The notes under the pieces: model-generated
Databases searched by the model: none
Told to the model about the DNA's origin: nothing
What the model saw: the letters and a program-made list of their open reading frames with translations, nothing else
Position numbers and translations under genes: made by a program
Shown: piece after piece, positions 8,857-18,800 of the stretch
How the letters are laid out: every line of letters begins with the position of its first letter
How positions within the stretch are numbered: position 1 is the stretch's first letter
IMG/VR virus record: IMGVR_UViG_3300049924_000079
Location: 1 to 61,334 of that record
Direction: 5' to 3' (one strand)
DNA: 61,334 bases
Origin: a virus
Lineage: Duplodnaviria; Caudoviricetes

Positions 8857-9126
8857 ATGCCAACAAAAGCTGAAAACCGCAACTACAAAGCGGAAGCCAA
8901 GAAAGAAACCCCCGCCAGAAAGCAAGCACGCCGCGACCGCATGAACGCGCGGTACGGCTACGAGAAGGAAAATGGGGACTTGCCTACGGATATGCAGGTA
9001 GACCACATCAAAGCGCTAAGCGCAGGGGGGACGAACGGTAAGAAAAATCTACGCGCCATCCCCAAGGCCCGCAACGAATCGTTCAACCGCAAAGGCCCCG
9101 GCGGTAAGCAAGTAGGCAAAGCGTAA
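8857..9126 (+). CDS. Small HNH endonuclease
   Basis: VDHIKALSAGGTN..NLRAI...N. Confidence 0.8.
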   Translation: MPTKAENRNYKAEAKKETPARKQARRDRMNARYGYEKENGDLPTDMQVDHIKALSAGGTNGKKNLRAIPKARNESFNRKGPGGKQVGKA

Positions 9127-9230
9127 AAGTAAAGTTGGGCATCCGCGCAAACGGGTGTATAGTAGCGTTTCTGTTCGACGAACGGCCCTTAAACAAGGCC
9201 CTCGTCGTGTACTGCTTTTGGAGAAAGACA

Positions 9231-10793
9231 TTGAACATACTAGAAAACAAGGCGCTGCAAATACGCACGCGCAACCCCGAGAAGTTCTCGGTAATCCCTA
9301 AGCGCCATGTGCAGCCCATCCCCGGTGGCCACGAGGTGACGGTATTTTGGGGACTTGACGAAGCGCGAGTGCTTAAGAACCTAGGCGTCAAGGACGTGCC
9401 CTCCCCCATCGAACGCGACTACAACTGGCCCGGACGCTACCGTCCTATGGCCCACCAGCGGGCCACCTCGGGGTTTCTAACGCTGCACCGCAGAGGGTTT
9501 GTCTTTAACGACCCCGGCACAGGCAAGAGCTTAGCGGCGCTATGGGCAGCAGACTACTTAATGAAACGCAAAGAGGTGCGGCGATGCCTCATCATATGCC
9601 CACTGTCCATCATGCAAAGCGCGTGGATGGGAGACCTGAACAAGAGCATTATTCACCGCAGCGCCGCTATTGCCCACCACGCCAAAGCATCCCGCAGGGT
9701 GGAAATCATTCAAGGCGACTACGAGTTTGTGATTATCAACTACGACGGGCTGAACCTAGTCGCCAATGAAGTTGTGGCCGACGGACGGTTTGACTTGGTT
9801 ATCGTGGATGAAGCGAACGGGTACAGCAACGTACAGACACAGCGGTGGAAGTCGTTGGCCAAGATACTCAAGCCCGACACGTTCCTGTGGATGATGACCG
9901 GCACCCCCGCAGCGCAGTCACCGGTGAACGCCTTTGGACTGGCCAAGCTGGTGAACCCCGGTGGAGTGCCCAACTACATGACCGCATGGCGCGATAAGGT
10001 TATGCACAAAGTAACCCAGTTCAAGTGGTCTCCTAAGCACGACGCCAAAGAGAAAGTACACGCCGCACTACAGCCCGCCATCCGGTTCACCAAGGAGCAG
10101 TGCTTAGACCTCCCGCCAGTAATCAAGATGACCCGCGAAGTAGCGATGACCGCGCAGCAGGCCAAGTACTACGAGCGCATCAAGAACGACATGCTGGTAG
10201 TGGCGGCAGGGCAGACCATCAGCGCAGTAAACAAAGCGGCGGTGGTAAACAAGCTACTGCAGATAAGCGCGGGGAGTGTGTACAGCGAGGACGGAGAGGT
10301 GGTCGAGTTCGATGCCACACCGCGATACAACCTGCTGTTAGAGATTCTGGAGGAGACAGACAGAAAAGTAATTATCTTTGCCATGTACCGCTCCAGCATC
10401 GACGCTATCGAATCATTCCTTACCAAAAAGGGCTACAAAGTGGGCGTCATAGACGGGCGGGTCACTGCCACTAATCGCGGCACGCTTATCAACCAGTTCC
10501 AGAACACGCCTGACCCACAGGTGCTGGTGATGCAGCCACAAGCCACCGCCCACGGCATCACGCTAACCGCCGCAGACACCGTAGTTTTCTTTGGCCCGTT
10601 AATGAGCGTAGAACTGTACACGCAAGCCATTGCCCGCGCAGATCGCAAAGGACAGACCTCAGACAAAGTTACGGTAATCCACATCCAAAGCAGCCCCATA
10701 GAAAAGAAGATGTTTGCTGCAATGGACGCCCGTGTAACAGACCACACGCTATTGACAGAAATGTTCGACGAGGAACTAGGAGTAAACAAATGA
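9231..10793 (+). CDS. SNF2-family helicase
   Basis: DPGTGKS (Walker A), IVDEA, MTGTP, HGITLTAA, QAIARADRKGQ; probable TTG start at 9231 after GGAGAAAGA. Confidence 0.9.
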   Translation: MNILENKALQIRTRNPEKFSVIPKRHVQPIPGGHEVTVFWGLDEARVLKNLGVKDVPSPIERDYNWPGRYRPMAHQRATSGFLTLHRRGFVFNDPGTGKSLAALWAADYLMKRKEVRRCLIICPLSIMQSAWMGDLNKSIIHRSAAIAHHAKASRRVEIIQGDYEFVIINYDGLNLVANEVVADGRFDLVIVDEANGYSNVQTQRWKSLAKILKPDTFLWMMTGTPAAQSPVNAFGLAKLVNPGGVPNYMTAWRDKVMHKVTQFKWSPKHDAKEKVHAALQPAIRFTKEQCLDLPPVIKMTREVAMTAQQAKYYERIKNDMLVVAAGQTISAVNKAAVVNKLLQISAGSVYSEDGEVVEFDATPRYNLLLEILEETDRKVIIFAMYRSSIDAIESFLTKKGYKVGVIDGRVTATNRGTLINQFQNTPDPQVLVMQPQATAHGITLTAADTVVFFGPLMSVELYTQAIARADRKGQTSDKVTVIHIQSSPIEKKMFAAMDARVTDHTLLTEMFDEELGVNK

Positions 10794-10818
10794 ACTAAAA
10801 AATATTTTTGTTAAGAAG

Positions 10819-10846
10819 TTGACAAACCCTAAAAGTACGCTATACT
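10819..10846 (+). promoter_or_regulatory. Sigma70-like promoter
   Basis: TTGACA-16 nt-TATACT with AT-rich upstream element. Confidence 0.75.
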
Positions 10847-10869
10847 TTACAAAACAAACGGAGAAAGCA

Positions 10870-11301
10870 ATGACTACTGAAACTGACGATACCCAACAGA
10901 CACCGGAGTCCGTAACAATGGACAAGCTGGCGAAAGTCTACATCAAGATGCGGGACAAGCTGGCGCAGCTAACCCGTGAGTACGAGGAGGCCGAAGCCGC
11001 GATCAAGGCCCAACAGGCCGAAGTTGCCGCCGCAATGAAGGACATAATCCAGACCGCAGGAGCCAAGTCAATCGTCACCGCCCACGGAACCGTCGCACTT
11101 AAGACCAGCACACGCTACTACGCACAGGACTGGGAATCAATGTACCGGTTCATTGTGGAGCGCGATGCGGCGTTTCTACTGGAGAAGCGTATCGCCCAAA
11201 AGAACATGTCTGACTACCTTGAACAGAACCCCGGCGACGTACCTCCCGGCCTGAACACCATGTCAGAACTGTCCATCTCTGTAACCAAACCACGCAAGTA
11301 A
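10870..11301 (+). CDS. Conserved replication-module protein (coiled-coil N-terminus)
   Basis: GGAGAAAG RBS; DKLAKVYIKMRD...DWESMYRFI...LLEKRI...PPGLN. Confidence 0.75.
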   Translation: MTTETDDTQQTPESVTMDKLAKVYIKMRDKLAQLTREYEEAEAAIKAQQAEVAAAMKDIIQTAGAKSIVTAHGTVALKTSTRYYAQDWESMYRFIVERDAAFLLEKRIAQKNMSDYLEQNPGDVPPGLNTMSELSISVTKPRK

Positions 11302-11323
11302 TTTTTAACCAAGAGGAACCATC

Positions 11324-12328
11324 ATGAGTAACGTAGCTATTTTCAACCCCGGCCAACTCCCTGCCTTTGCTAAAAAGGGCGAACTCTCCGAAACAGCCAA
11401 AGCCCTAGCGGGCGGCAGCGGCGCGTCTGGCAAGCGCGTCTCTATCAAGGGCGGCGTGTTTCGGCTTATCACTGACGGCAAAGAAGTGGCTGCCCTCGAC
11501 GAGCGCTATATGGACGTGGTCATCGTCAACGCCGCGCCCAAGATCAGCCGTACGTTCTACGCCGCTAGTTACGACGAGAACAAGCCTGCCCCTCCCGACT
11601 GCTGGAGCGCAGACGGTACCAAACCCGACGCTAGTATCAAAGCCCCGCAAGCCACAAGCTGCGTGAATTGCCCACAGAACGTGAAGGGCTCCGGTCAAGG
11701 CGACTCTCGCGCGTGCCGCTACGGCCAGAAGATCGCCGTGGTACTTGCCAACGACATCGAAGGCGATGTCATGCAGTTGCAGCTGTCTGCGACAAGTATT
11801 TTCGGAGACCCCGACGGCGAGAACCGCCCATTGCAAGCGCACTCACGCTGGCTGGTTGCGCAAGGTATCGACCCCACGATGCTGGTTACACGCCTGAAGT
11901 TCGACACCAAGGCCCCCGTACCCAAGCTGTTCTTTAAGGCTATGCGCTGGTTGACCGACGACGAGTACGCCGTAACCAAAGTCAAAGGCGAGTCCGAAGA
12001 AGCCCTCAAGGCCATCACCATGACGGTGTTTCAGCAGGACGGCGGCACAACCGTAGAAGCGCCAGCGGCGTTCGCAGGCACACCGCCCAAGGCAGCCGCG
12101 CTGCCCGTACCGGCTCCGCAGGTAGCCGGCGAGGAAGAAGAGGCCCCGGCACCAGCGCCCGCAGTAAAGGCCAAAGCCCCAAAGGCAAAAGCCGCTCCTG
12201 TAGCGCTGCCCCCCGAGCCGGAGGACGACGAGCCCGTAGTCAAGCCCGCTAAGGTTGCCGCTGCAAAGACTGCCGCGCCTGCGGCCACCGGTCTCGCCGC
12301 CACACTGGCTGCGTGGGACGACGAGTAA
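11324..12328 (+). CDS. Putative single-stranded DNA-binding/annealing protein
   Basis: RVSIKGGVF, PDCWSADG..C..CPQN..GSG..RAC, Ala/Pro/Lys linker, acidic-aromatic tail WDDE; position in the replication module. Confidence 0.65.
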   Translation: MSNVAIFNPGQLPAFAKKGELSETAKALAGGSGASGKRVSIKGGVFRLITDGKEVAALDERYMDVVIVNAAPKISRTFYAASYDENKPAPPDCWSADGTKPDASIKAPQATSCVNCPQNVKGSGQGDSRACRYGQKIAVVLANDIEGDVMQLQLSATSIFGDPDGENRPLQAHSRWLVAQGIDPTMLVTRLKFDTKAPVPKLFFKAMRWLTDDEYAVTKVKGESEEALKAITMTVFQQDGGTTVEAPAAFAGTPPKAAALPVPAPQVAGEEEEAPAPAPAVKAKAPKAKAAPVALPPEPEDDEPVVKPAKVAAAKTAAPAATGLAATLAAWDDE

Positions 12329-12342
12329 GTAAAGGTTTAGGG

Positions 12343-12535
12343 TGTGTGGGGAAGCTCAGAAGACTGGCCTGTCCCTATGTAGACTGTTCAATAAAAGGTA
12401 AGCGCGCGTAAAGCCTGTGAGCACAGTTAGATACTCCCCACACATTTCTTTATCCCCTACTGTATAAACACGACACACCAAACCGGTTTAGGGGGCGTGG
12501 GTCTGGGGGTTCCCGGGCCGTGCAACACGCCTCCT
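12343..12535 (+). ncRNA. Candidate structured intergenic RNA(s)
   Basis: 10-bp stem TGTGTGGGGA(12343-52)/TCCCCACACA(12435-44) with inner GCTCA/TGAGC; second G-U-rich hairpin at 12490-12535. Confidence 0.35.
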
Positions 12536-12543
12536 TCTTAAAT

Positions 12544-12768
12544 ATGACATACCACACAAAAACCCGGATAGCCCTAAAGCGCGCCCCCAGTTCACTGGGG
12601 GTTCGTCTTGGCAGGCTCGCTGTTCGCAAGAACAAATCCGTACAAGAAATCGCGACTGCGACAGGCGCATCCAGAGTGACCGTGTATAGCTGGTTCGCTG
12701 GCGGCACCGTGTCTAATGCGTACCGCACCATCGTCACAAACCTAATAGCAGACATGCAGACCGAATAG
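12544..12768 (+). CDS. XRE/Cro-like HTH protein
   Basis: SVQEIATATGASRVTVYSWFAG. Confidence 0.8.
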   Translation: MTYHTKTRIALKRAPSSLGVRLGRLAVRKNKSVQEIATATGASRVTVYSWFAGGTVSNAYRTIVTNLIADMQTE

Positions 12769-12777
12769 GGGCACGCA

Positions 12778-15690
12778 ATGGATTCACACGACTTCCTCTC
12801 GGCAATACTGCCGAGACAGGGAAAGTACTGCACCTTCGCAATGAAGGGGCCGTTGAGAAAGAACATCTTTACTAACGATCTGGAGAGTCTGTACGAAACC
12901 AACACCACCTTGAGCGAGTCCGGCAACAACGCCTTCTACGCCCTAAGCACTTTCGACGAGCAGGGTACCCGGGAAGCCGCACACGCACAGTACGTCCGCG
13001 CAATATTCGCAGACCTAGACTGCGGTACCGACCTGAAAACGGGCAAACAAAAGGCCTTCGCTAGTAAGAAAGCAGCCGTATCCGCGCTGGTTGAATTCAT
13101 GGACACCACGGGCCTGTCCGCGCTGGGCATGCCGTGGCTAGTGGATTCTGGCGGAGGCGTGCACGCATACTGGCCACTGACCCAAGACGCCACCATCGAA
13201 GCGTGGAAGCCGGTGGCCGAAGCATTCAAGCGCGCGGCGCAGCAGCACGGGCTGCCTATAGACATGACAGTAACCGCCGACGCTGCCCGCGTTCTGCGTA
13301 TGCCCGGCACGCTGAACTGGAAATACACGCCTCCAAAGCCCGTAGTGCTTAAGCAGCGCGGGACGTACTTCTCCCTCACCGGGATCGCTACTGCACTAGC
13401 CCCCTACGCAGTCGCGCCTAAAAAGCCAGACACCTCGCTCGCCCTCGCAGGCACACGCCCACAAGCCGCAGGTGTATCTTCCGTAGCACAAGCACTACTT
13501 GGCAACAGCGTTACGTACTTCAAAAACATCATGGTGCGCACTGCTGCGGGCACCGGCTGCGGACAGATCGCAGACTATATTGCACGCGCGGCAGAAGACG
13601 GCATGGAGCCTTTGTGGCGTGGGCTGTTGTCCATAACCAAGCCTTGCGCTGACGGCGACAAAGCCGCCCGCAAACTATCCGCGCTACACCCGTACGACGA
13701 AGACCGTATGTACGCCAAGTTGGCCGAGATAAAAGGCCCGTACCCCTGCGCCAAACTGGACTCTGAGAACCCCGGCATATGCGGGCAGTGCCCACACTGG
13801 GGAAAGATAACCAACCCCCTCGCACTAGGCCGCGAAGTCATGACGCTGACTACCGCCACAGCAGAAGCCGAGCAAGACGCTCCACAAGACGTACTGCAGG
13901 AGCCCCAGCGCATGCTGCCCACGCCGCCATACGGCTTTGAGTACGGGCGCATCAGCGGTGTGTACTACCGCAAACCCGCAGAAAAAGACGAAGAGGACAA
14001 GCTGCTGCTACTGGTGCCGTTCGACTTCTACATGACGCGCATGATTCGCGATCTGGACAGTACACAGGCGGAGTTCCGCGTGACGAAAGGCGACAAACAA
14101 TTCACGTTTGCGATCCCCACGGCGGAGGCCATCGAGGCGCGCTCCTGCCTTAAGGTGCTGGCTAAGAACAACGTCATGGCAGCCCACGCCGCCCTAGACG
14201 CGTACCTGTACCAGTACGTCCGCCAGAGTATCCAGAATGCGAGCGCCAACGGGGAGGAGATCGTGGTGCCCCAGCGTTTCGGCTGGCAGGCCGACGGTAG
14301 CTTCGCGGTGCACGACACTGTGTTCAGCCCTATCTCAGATGAAAAGGACTTCAAGTTCGCATCCGACAGGCTGCACAACGTCATAAACGCAACCCGCCCT
14401 AACGGGTCTTTGGACAACTGGCGCAGCGTGTTCGAGATGATGCGCCGCAAAGCGGCTACAGACCCTGTGGTTTGGGGGCACCTAGCGGCAGCGGGTATCG
14501 GGTTCGGCACCATACTCATGCAGTTCACCCCTCACGGCTCGCGTGCAGGAGTCTTCCACGCCTGTAGCCCCGGCTCTGGCGCGGGTAAAACCTTTGCGCA
14601 GTCTATGGCGGTATCCGTATGGGGCGAGAACGGGCGCTACATGGTAGCCCCCTCTACCTCTGAGCGGACGATGATGCAGCGTGCCGGTATGTTGGGCAGC
14701 TTGATGCTTGGCGTGGACGAGATCACTAGCAAGAACCGCTCGTTGGCTATGGAGTGGCTGCCTAGCTTCATCTTCGACTACGCCGCCGGTATGCACAAAA
14801 TCAAAGGCAGCGCGTCGAGCAATTCGGAGGTTACGCAGGAGCTGCTATGGAGTGCTATCGCTTTCATCTCGTCCAACACGCCCGGCCTTGAGGCCATGAT
14901 GGGCGCGCGCAAACATACGTCAGAAGGGGAAGCCCGCAGGCACTTGGAGTGGCAGACACCTGCCGGGTACGAGCTAAAGTGGACACCCGAAGAGAACGAG
15001 ATTCGTTCGCGACTGGAGCACAACACCGGCGTAGCGGGGCCGCTATTCGCCAAGTGGTGCGTGCGCAATATCAACAAGGTGCAGTTCGTGATGCAGCAGG
15101 TACTGGAGCACTGGCGCAAAATATCTGGCGCGCGCGACGACGAGCGTTTCTGGACAGCGATGGTGGTCTCTGTAGTTGCCGGGTACGTGCTGGCCGGACG
15201 CAAGTACGCAAACATTGTGGACATCCCCGCAACGCCTATTTTCGAGTTCTTTTTGAAGCTCGTTGTGCGCCAGCGCAGGATTATCGCCAGCAACCAGAAG
15301 TCGGCAACAGACACGCTCAATGCGTACATAGCGGAGTACATGGGCAACTTCATAAAAACCGAAGGCAGCCAAGTCATGCAGCATCTTGTCGGCGGTGCGG
15401 CCATACAGCCAAGCAGTGCGAAGACGCAGGTGCGCGGGCGGGTGGAGTACAACGTCACCCCCGGCCATGTGGACTTCTACATCGAGATGCGCTTGCTCAA
15501 ACTACACTGCGCAGACAGTGGGCTCAGCTACGAAGCGTTTGTGACCCAGTTGCAGGACAACGTGACGGTGGACACGGTACGCAAGAACCTGCTGGCCGGA
15601 ACCAAGGGGCCAGAGATGCGCGTACCTTGCTTGAAAATAACACGCACCATTGCAGACGTGGAGGCCACGGAGGAGGCGTATGGGCTCTGA
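12778..15690 (+). CDS. Primase-helicase (RepB/AEP-type primase plus DUF927-like helicase)
   Basis: FADLDC, VDSGGGVHAYW, DAARVLRMPGT, PYPC..C.QC.H, RFGW, GSGAGKT, GVDE. Confidence 0.88.
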   Translation: MDSHDFLSAILPRQGKYCTFAMKGPLRKNIFTNDLESLYETNTTLSESGNNAFYALSTFDEQGTREAAHAQYVRAIFADLDCGTDLKTGKQKAFASKKAAVSALVEFMDTTGLSALGMPWLVDSGGGVHAYWPLTQDATIEAWKPVAEAFKRAAQQHGLPIDMTVTADAARVLRMPGTLNWKYTPPKPVVLKQRGTYFSLTGIATALAPYAVAPKKPDTSLALAGTRPQAAGVSSVAQALLGNSVTYFKNIMVRTAAGTGCGQIADYIARAAEDGMEPLWRGLLSITKPCADGDKAARKLSALHPYDEDRMYAKLAEIKGPYPCAKLDSENPGICGQCPHWGKITNPLALGREVMTLTTATAEAEQDAPQDVLQEPQRMLPTPPYGFEYGRISGVYYRKPAEKDEEDKLLLLVPFDFYMTRMIRDLDSTQAEFRVTKGDKQFTFAIPTAEAIEARSCLKVLAKNNVMAAHAALDAYLYQYVRQSIQNASANGEEIVVPQRFGWQADGSFAVHDTVFSPISDEKDFKFASDRLHNVINATRPNGSLDNWRSVFEMMRRKAATDPVVWGHLAAAGIGFGTILMQFTPHGSRAGVFHACSPGSGAGKTFAQSMAVSVWGENGRYMVAPSTSERTMMQRAGMLGSLMLGVDEITSKNRSLAMEWLPSFIFDYAAGMHKIKGSASSNSEVTQELLWSAIAFISSNTPGLEAMMGARKHTSEGEARRHLEWQTPAGYELKWTPEENEIRSRLEHNTGVAGPLFAKWCVRNINKVQFVMQQVLEHWRKISGARDDERFWTAMVVSVVAGYVLAGRKYANIVDIPATPIFEFFLKLVVRQRRIIASNQKSATDTLNAYIAEYMGNFIKTEGSQVMQHLVGGAAIQPSSAKTQVRGRVEYNVTPGHVDFYIEMRLLKLHCADSGLSYEAFVTQLQDNVTVDTVRKNLLAGTKGPEMRVPCLKITRTIADVEATEEAYGL

Positions 15691-15880
15691 GAAGTTCCAC
15701 TGGCTTAGGTACAAGGCGGGCGAGTCCTTCTTTGTACCTAGCCTAGACCCGTACCGCACCGCGTTGGCGGGGGTACGTGCGGCGACTAAACAGCGGGGGT
15801 TGCGGATGGGCGGCACCGCCCGGTACAAGGTGGGTATTTACAAAGGCTTGCTCGGGGTGCTCTTCACGGTGCCTCGGTAG
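15680..15880 (+). CDS. Small conserved hypothetical protein
   Basis: GGAGG RBS; FHW..KAGESFFVPSLD. Confidence 0.65.
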   Translation: MGSEKFHWLRYKAGESFFVPSLDPYRTALAGVRAATKQRGLRMGGTARYKVGIYKGLLGVLFTVPR

Positions 15881-15881
15881 G

Positions 15882-18800
15882 CTACTCCCCTTTGATCTGC
15901 CCGTAGACTTCCCTGTAAGACGTTGCCAGCTCCCTGCGGTATGCGTCCACCTTAGCAAGCAGCGCGTCTTTCTCGGCGGCGGTTCTGTCAGAAGCACGTA
16001 TTGCCCGCGCTGCCTTAGCGAGCGACCCCATTTTCTGCATGAACGCCTCCCCCACGTCAGCGCCGGCGTACTCCTTCTCCCGCTCTTTTAGGAGCTGCAT
16101 AGCCTTCGCCTTCTCGCCTTTGTCTAGTAGCCCGTCCACGGTCTTCTTGAACTGCACGAACTCGCCCATCTTGTCGTATGTGTCGTTGATGATGGCCCCG
16201 GCATTGTTCGGCTGGAACACGCCTCCAAACATAGGCATTGAAGACATACGCCGCGTCGCCTTCTCGGGGCCGTCGCCAGTAGGCATCAGGGAGTCTATGG
16301 CAGACAGCACAAACATACCGGTACTACTGGTGTACCCATTGAGAATGTGCTCCATCATTATGGGAGATGCGCCGGTGATCTGCCCCGCCGCCTTGGCCAG
16401 CTCCGTAGTCTTCTCGCGGAACTGAAAGGGTTTCTCCATACTTTGCTCTAAGCGCGAGAGTATGGGGCGTCCGGTGAACATAGAGGTGCCGGTGCCGACT
16501 TCGATCAACGGCTTTACGGCTTGCGGAAGGAAGTAGCTGCTGCCCCCGGGAACCGTATTCCACAGTATCGTCTTGAAAGCCTTTACAGCTTCGTCGCCGC
16601 CGTGCTTGTCCGTCATGCTGTTGTATAGCGCCTCGGGAACAGACTTGAATATATAGCCAAGCTCGAACGGCACAGGAATGCGTAACGGCTCGTCCACGCC
16701 CGGCACGCGCACAAACCAATTGCCGTACTTCTGTTCTGGTAGCGCATCTTTGTAGGCCTCGTCGTCCTCCATAGCGGCGGCATACACCAAGCTCGTTGCG
16801 GCTAAAAGTGTACCGCGCGCAAGCAGTTTGCCCCGAATATTCAGACGTTCGTTGTTTGGCATCTGCCCCCGGAAGGACTTGTACAGCACGTTCAGGGACT
16901 GCACCTGCGCGTTCAAGAACGGGATCAGGGCGTTCGCAATGTGCATACTGGGCGACGCTCCACGCTTGCTAAAGTTCATGGACTCCAGCGTTTGCAGGGT
17001 GGCCTCCATCTCGTCCATGCCCTGCTCTATGTAGCTGTTGTACTGTGCGCGGCGGGTCAGCGCGTCTGCTTCGCGCCCCATTGCCTCCATCTTGGCCAGT
17101 ACGTTAAGCCATCCGGGCTTGCCTGCCGTTATCTCGCGAAGCACGACCGCCATGTCGTCCGAGGTGCCGGTAAACACCTGCCCGCCAGTGATCCCCCGGT
17201 TGTTCAAAATAGCCTTGTTCTTGCTGTTGATTTCTTTCAGTGCGCTGTATATAGGGATGATATTTGCTCCGCTGCCCAACGCCGCGCCCATAGAGTCACG
17301 CACTACCGCGCGTGCTTGGTACACCGGACTGATAGTCACGGCCTTGCGCAGTAGCTGCGCAGGCATCGCCAGCAAACGCACTACGCCCGAGAGCTGCGTA
17401 GGGATACCGGCCATACCCTTGACTAACAGATCGGCAGGGATGCCTTCGGGCGTATCTACGCGCGCAAACTTCTTTTCGCCGTTGACGTAGAACTTGATGA
17501 TGGTGTTGCCGTCCACGGTGTGCCCGTCGCCGATAGTGGCCATGCCCATGTCTTGTAGTTCATACGCCGCGTTCCTAGTGGCCATGTTGTTCAACGCCGT
17601 GTCCAGAATCATGCTGGTGTTCTGTATGGCGCTGGTAGTCCAGTCCAAAATCGGGCGGTCGCCGCCGACTAACTCCTGCAGGTGCGGTTGCTCCTTCATG
17701 TTGCCGATACGGATAGGGGACTCACTGCCGATGAGCAGACTGACAACGCCGTTGTCTTCCCGATAGTAGGGCACGTAGTCGTCTTGCGCCACCAGCCGGG
17801 CGGCTTGCTCTTTAGTAACTACCCCGCTCTGCTCCAGCAACTTAATCAGGTTGCGGTTGTACTCGTTGTACTGCTTTCGCGCATCCTTAAACACGTCCTC
17901 CAGCCCCGGAGTGTTCTCTACCTCTTGCATGATAGCGGCCAGTTTAGCCGGTGTAATTATCGGCTGGCCGTTCTTGTCTACGCCGAAGTTGAGCGTCTCG
18001 ATGCCCTTGTTCTTTGCGCGAATGGCGGCTAGGTATCCTGTAAAAAGCTGAGATACAAACTTCTTGTCTTTAATAGGCGCGGCGGACAACGTCTTGCCTA
18101 TGTCACGTAGGTTAGCCCCCTCGACACCTTCAATGAGGTACTGTTTGCGCCCGTCCTTGCGCAGCTTTTCTACGCGCTGCGGCACGCCCACTGTGGCGGC
18201 TACAGAAAGCAGGGTGTTACGCTGGTCGTACATACGGAAGTAGTACATCATCTGCGAGCCCCGCAACGCCTCCATTACCTTAGAGACGCGCTCCAAACCC
18301 GCAAAACGATCTACTAGCGCGGTCTCCCAATAGAGCCCCGAAGCGGCCCCGCGCAGCTTGTCCCACCAAGACTTGTCCCTAGCCACGATAAGGTCTATCG
18401 TTTCTCTAGCCGAGCCCGGCTCGGCGGTAGCGCGCAGGCGCGCAGGGGCTGTCGCGTCTTTCACCGCAGTACTGGCGGTAGTGGGCGCAGGGGCCTGCAT
18501 AAACTTTTCAGACAGTGCCAAGAACTTGTCCAGCATGGGGCCTTTAGGCGGGGTGTTAACGCCGATAAGCCGCAGGATGTTTTGCCAAAACCGCTGGAGC
18601 ATGTTCTTGCCCCCGGTAGCGCCGCTCCACGGCGTCTTGGCCATCAGCGCCTGCACGGGGCGGCTAGCGTGCCCCTCTGCAACGAACTCGGCGAGGTCGC
18701 CGTCGCGAATAACCGTGTTGTCAAACTCCGGTAACTGCATCAGCGCCGCATGCATATCCTCCAGCTCCCGCTTCGCAGCTAGCTGATCCGGCGTCAACTG

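Noticed and set aside
9135-9163. Possible promoter TTGGGC-17-TATAGT and leader hairpin before the helicase
   Set aside because: The -35 is weak; plausible but not supportable from sequence alone
12329-12543. tRNA in the structured intergenic region
   Set aside because: No cloverleaf, T-loop GTTC(G/A)A in a proper stem, or CCA context
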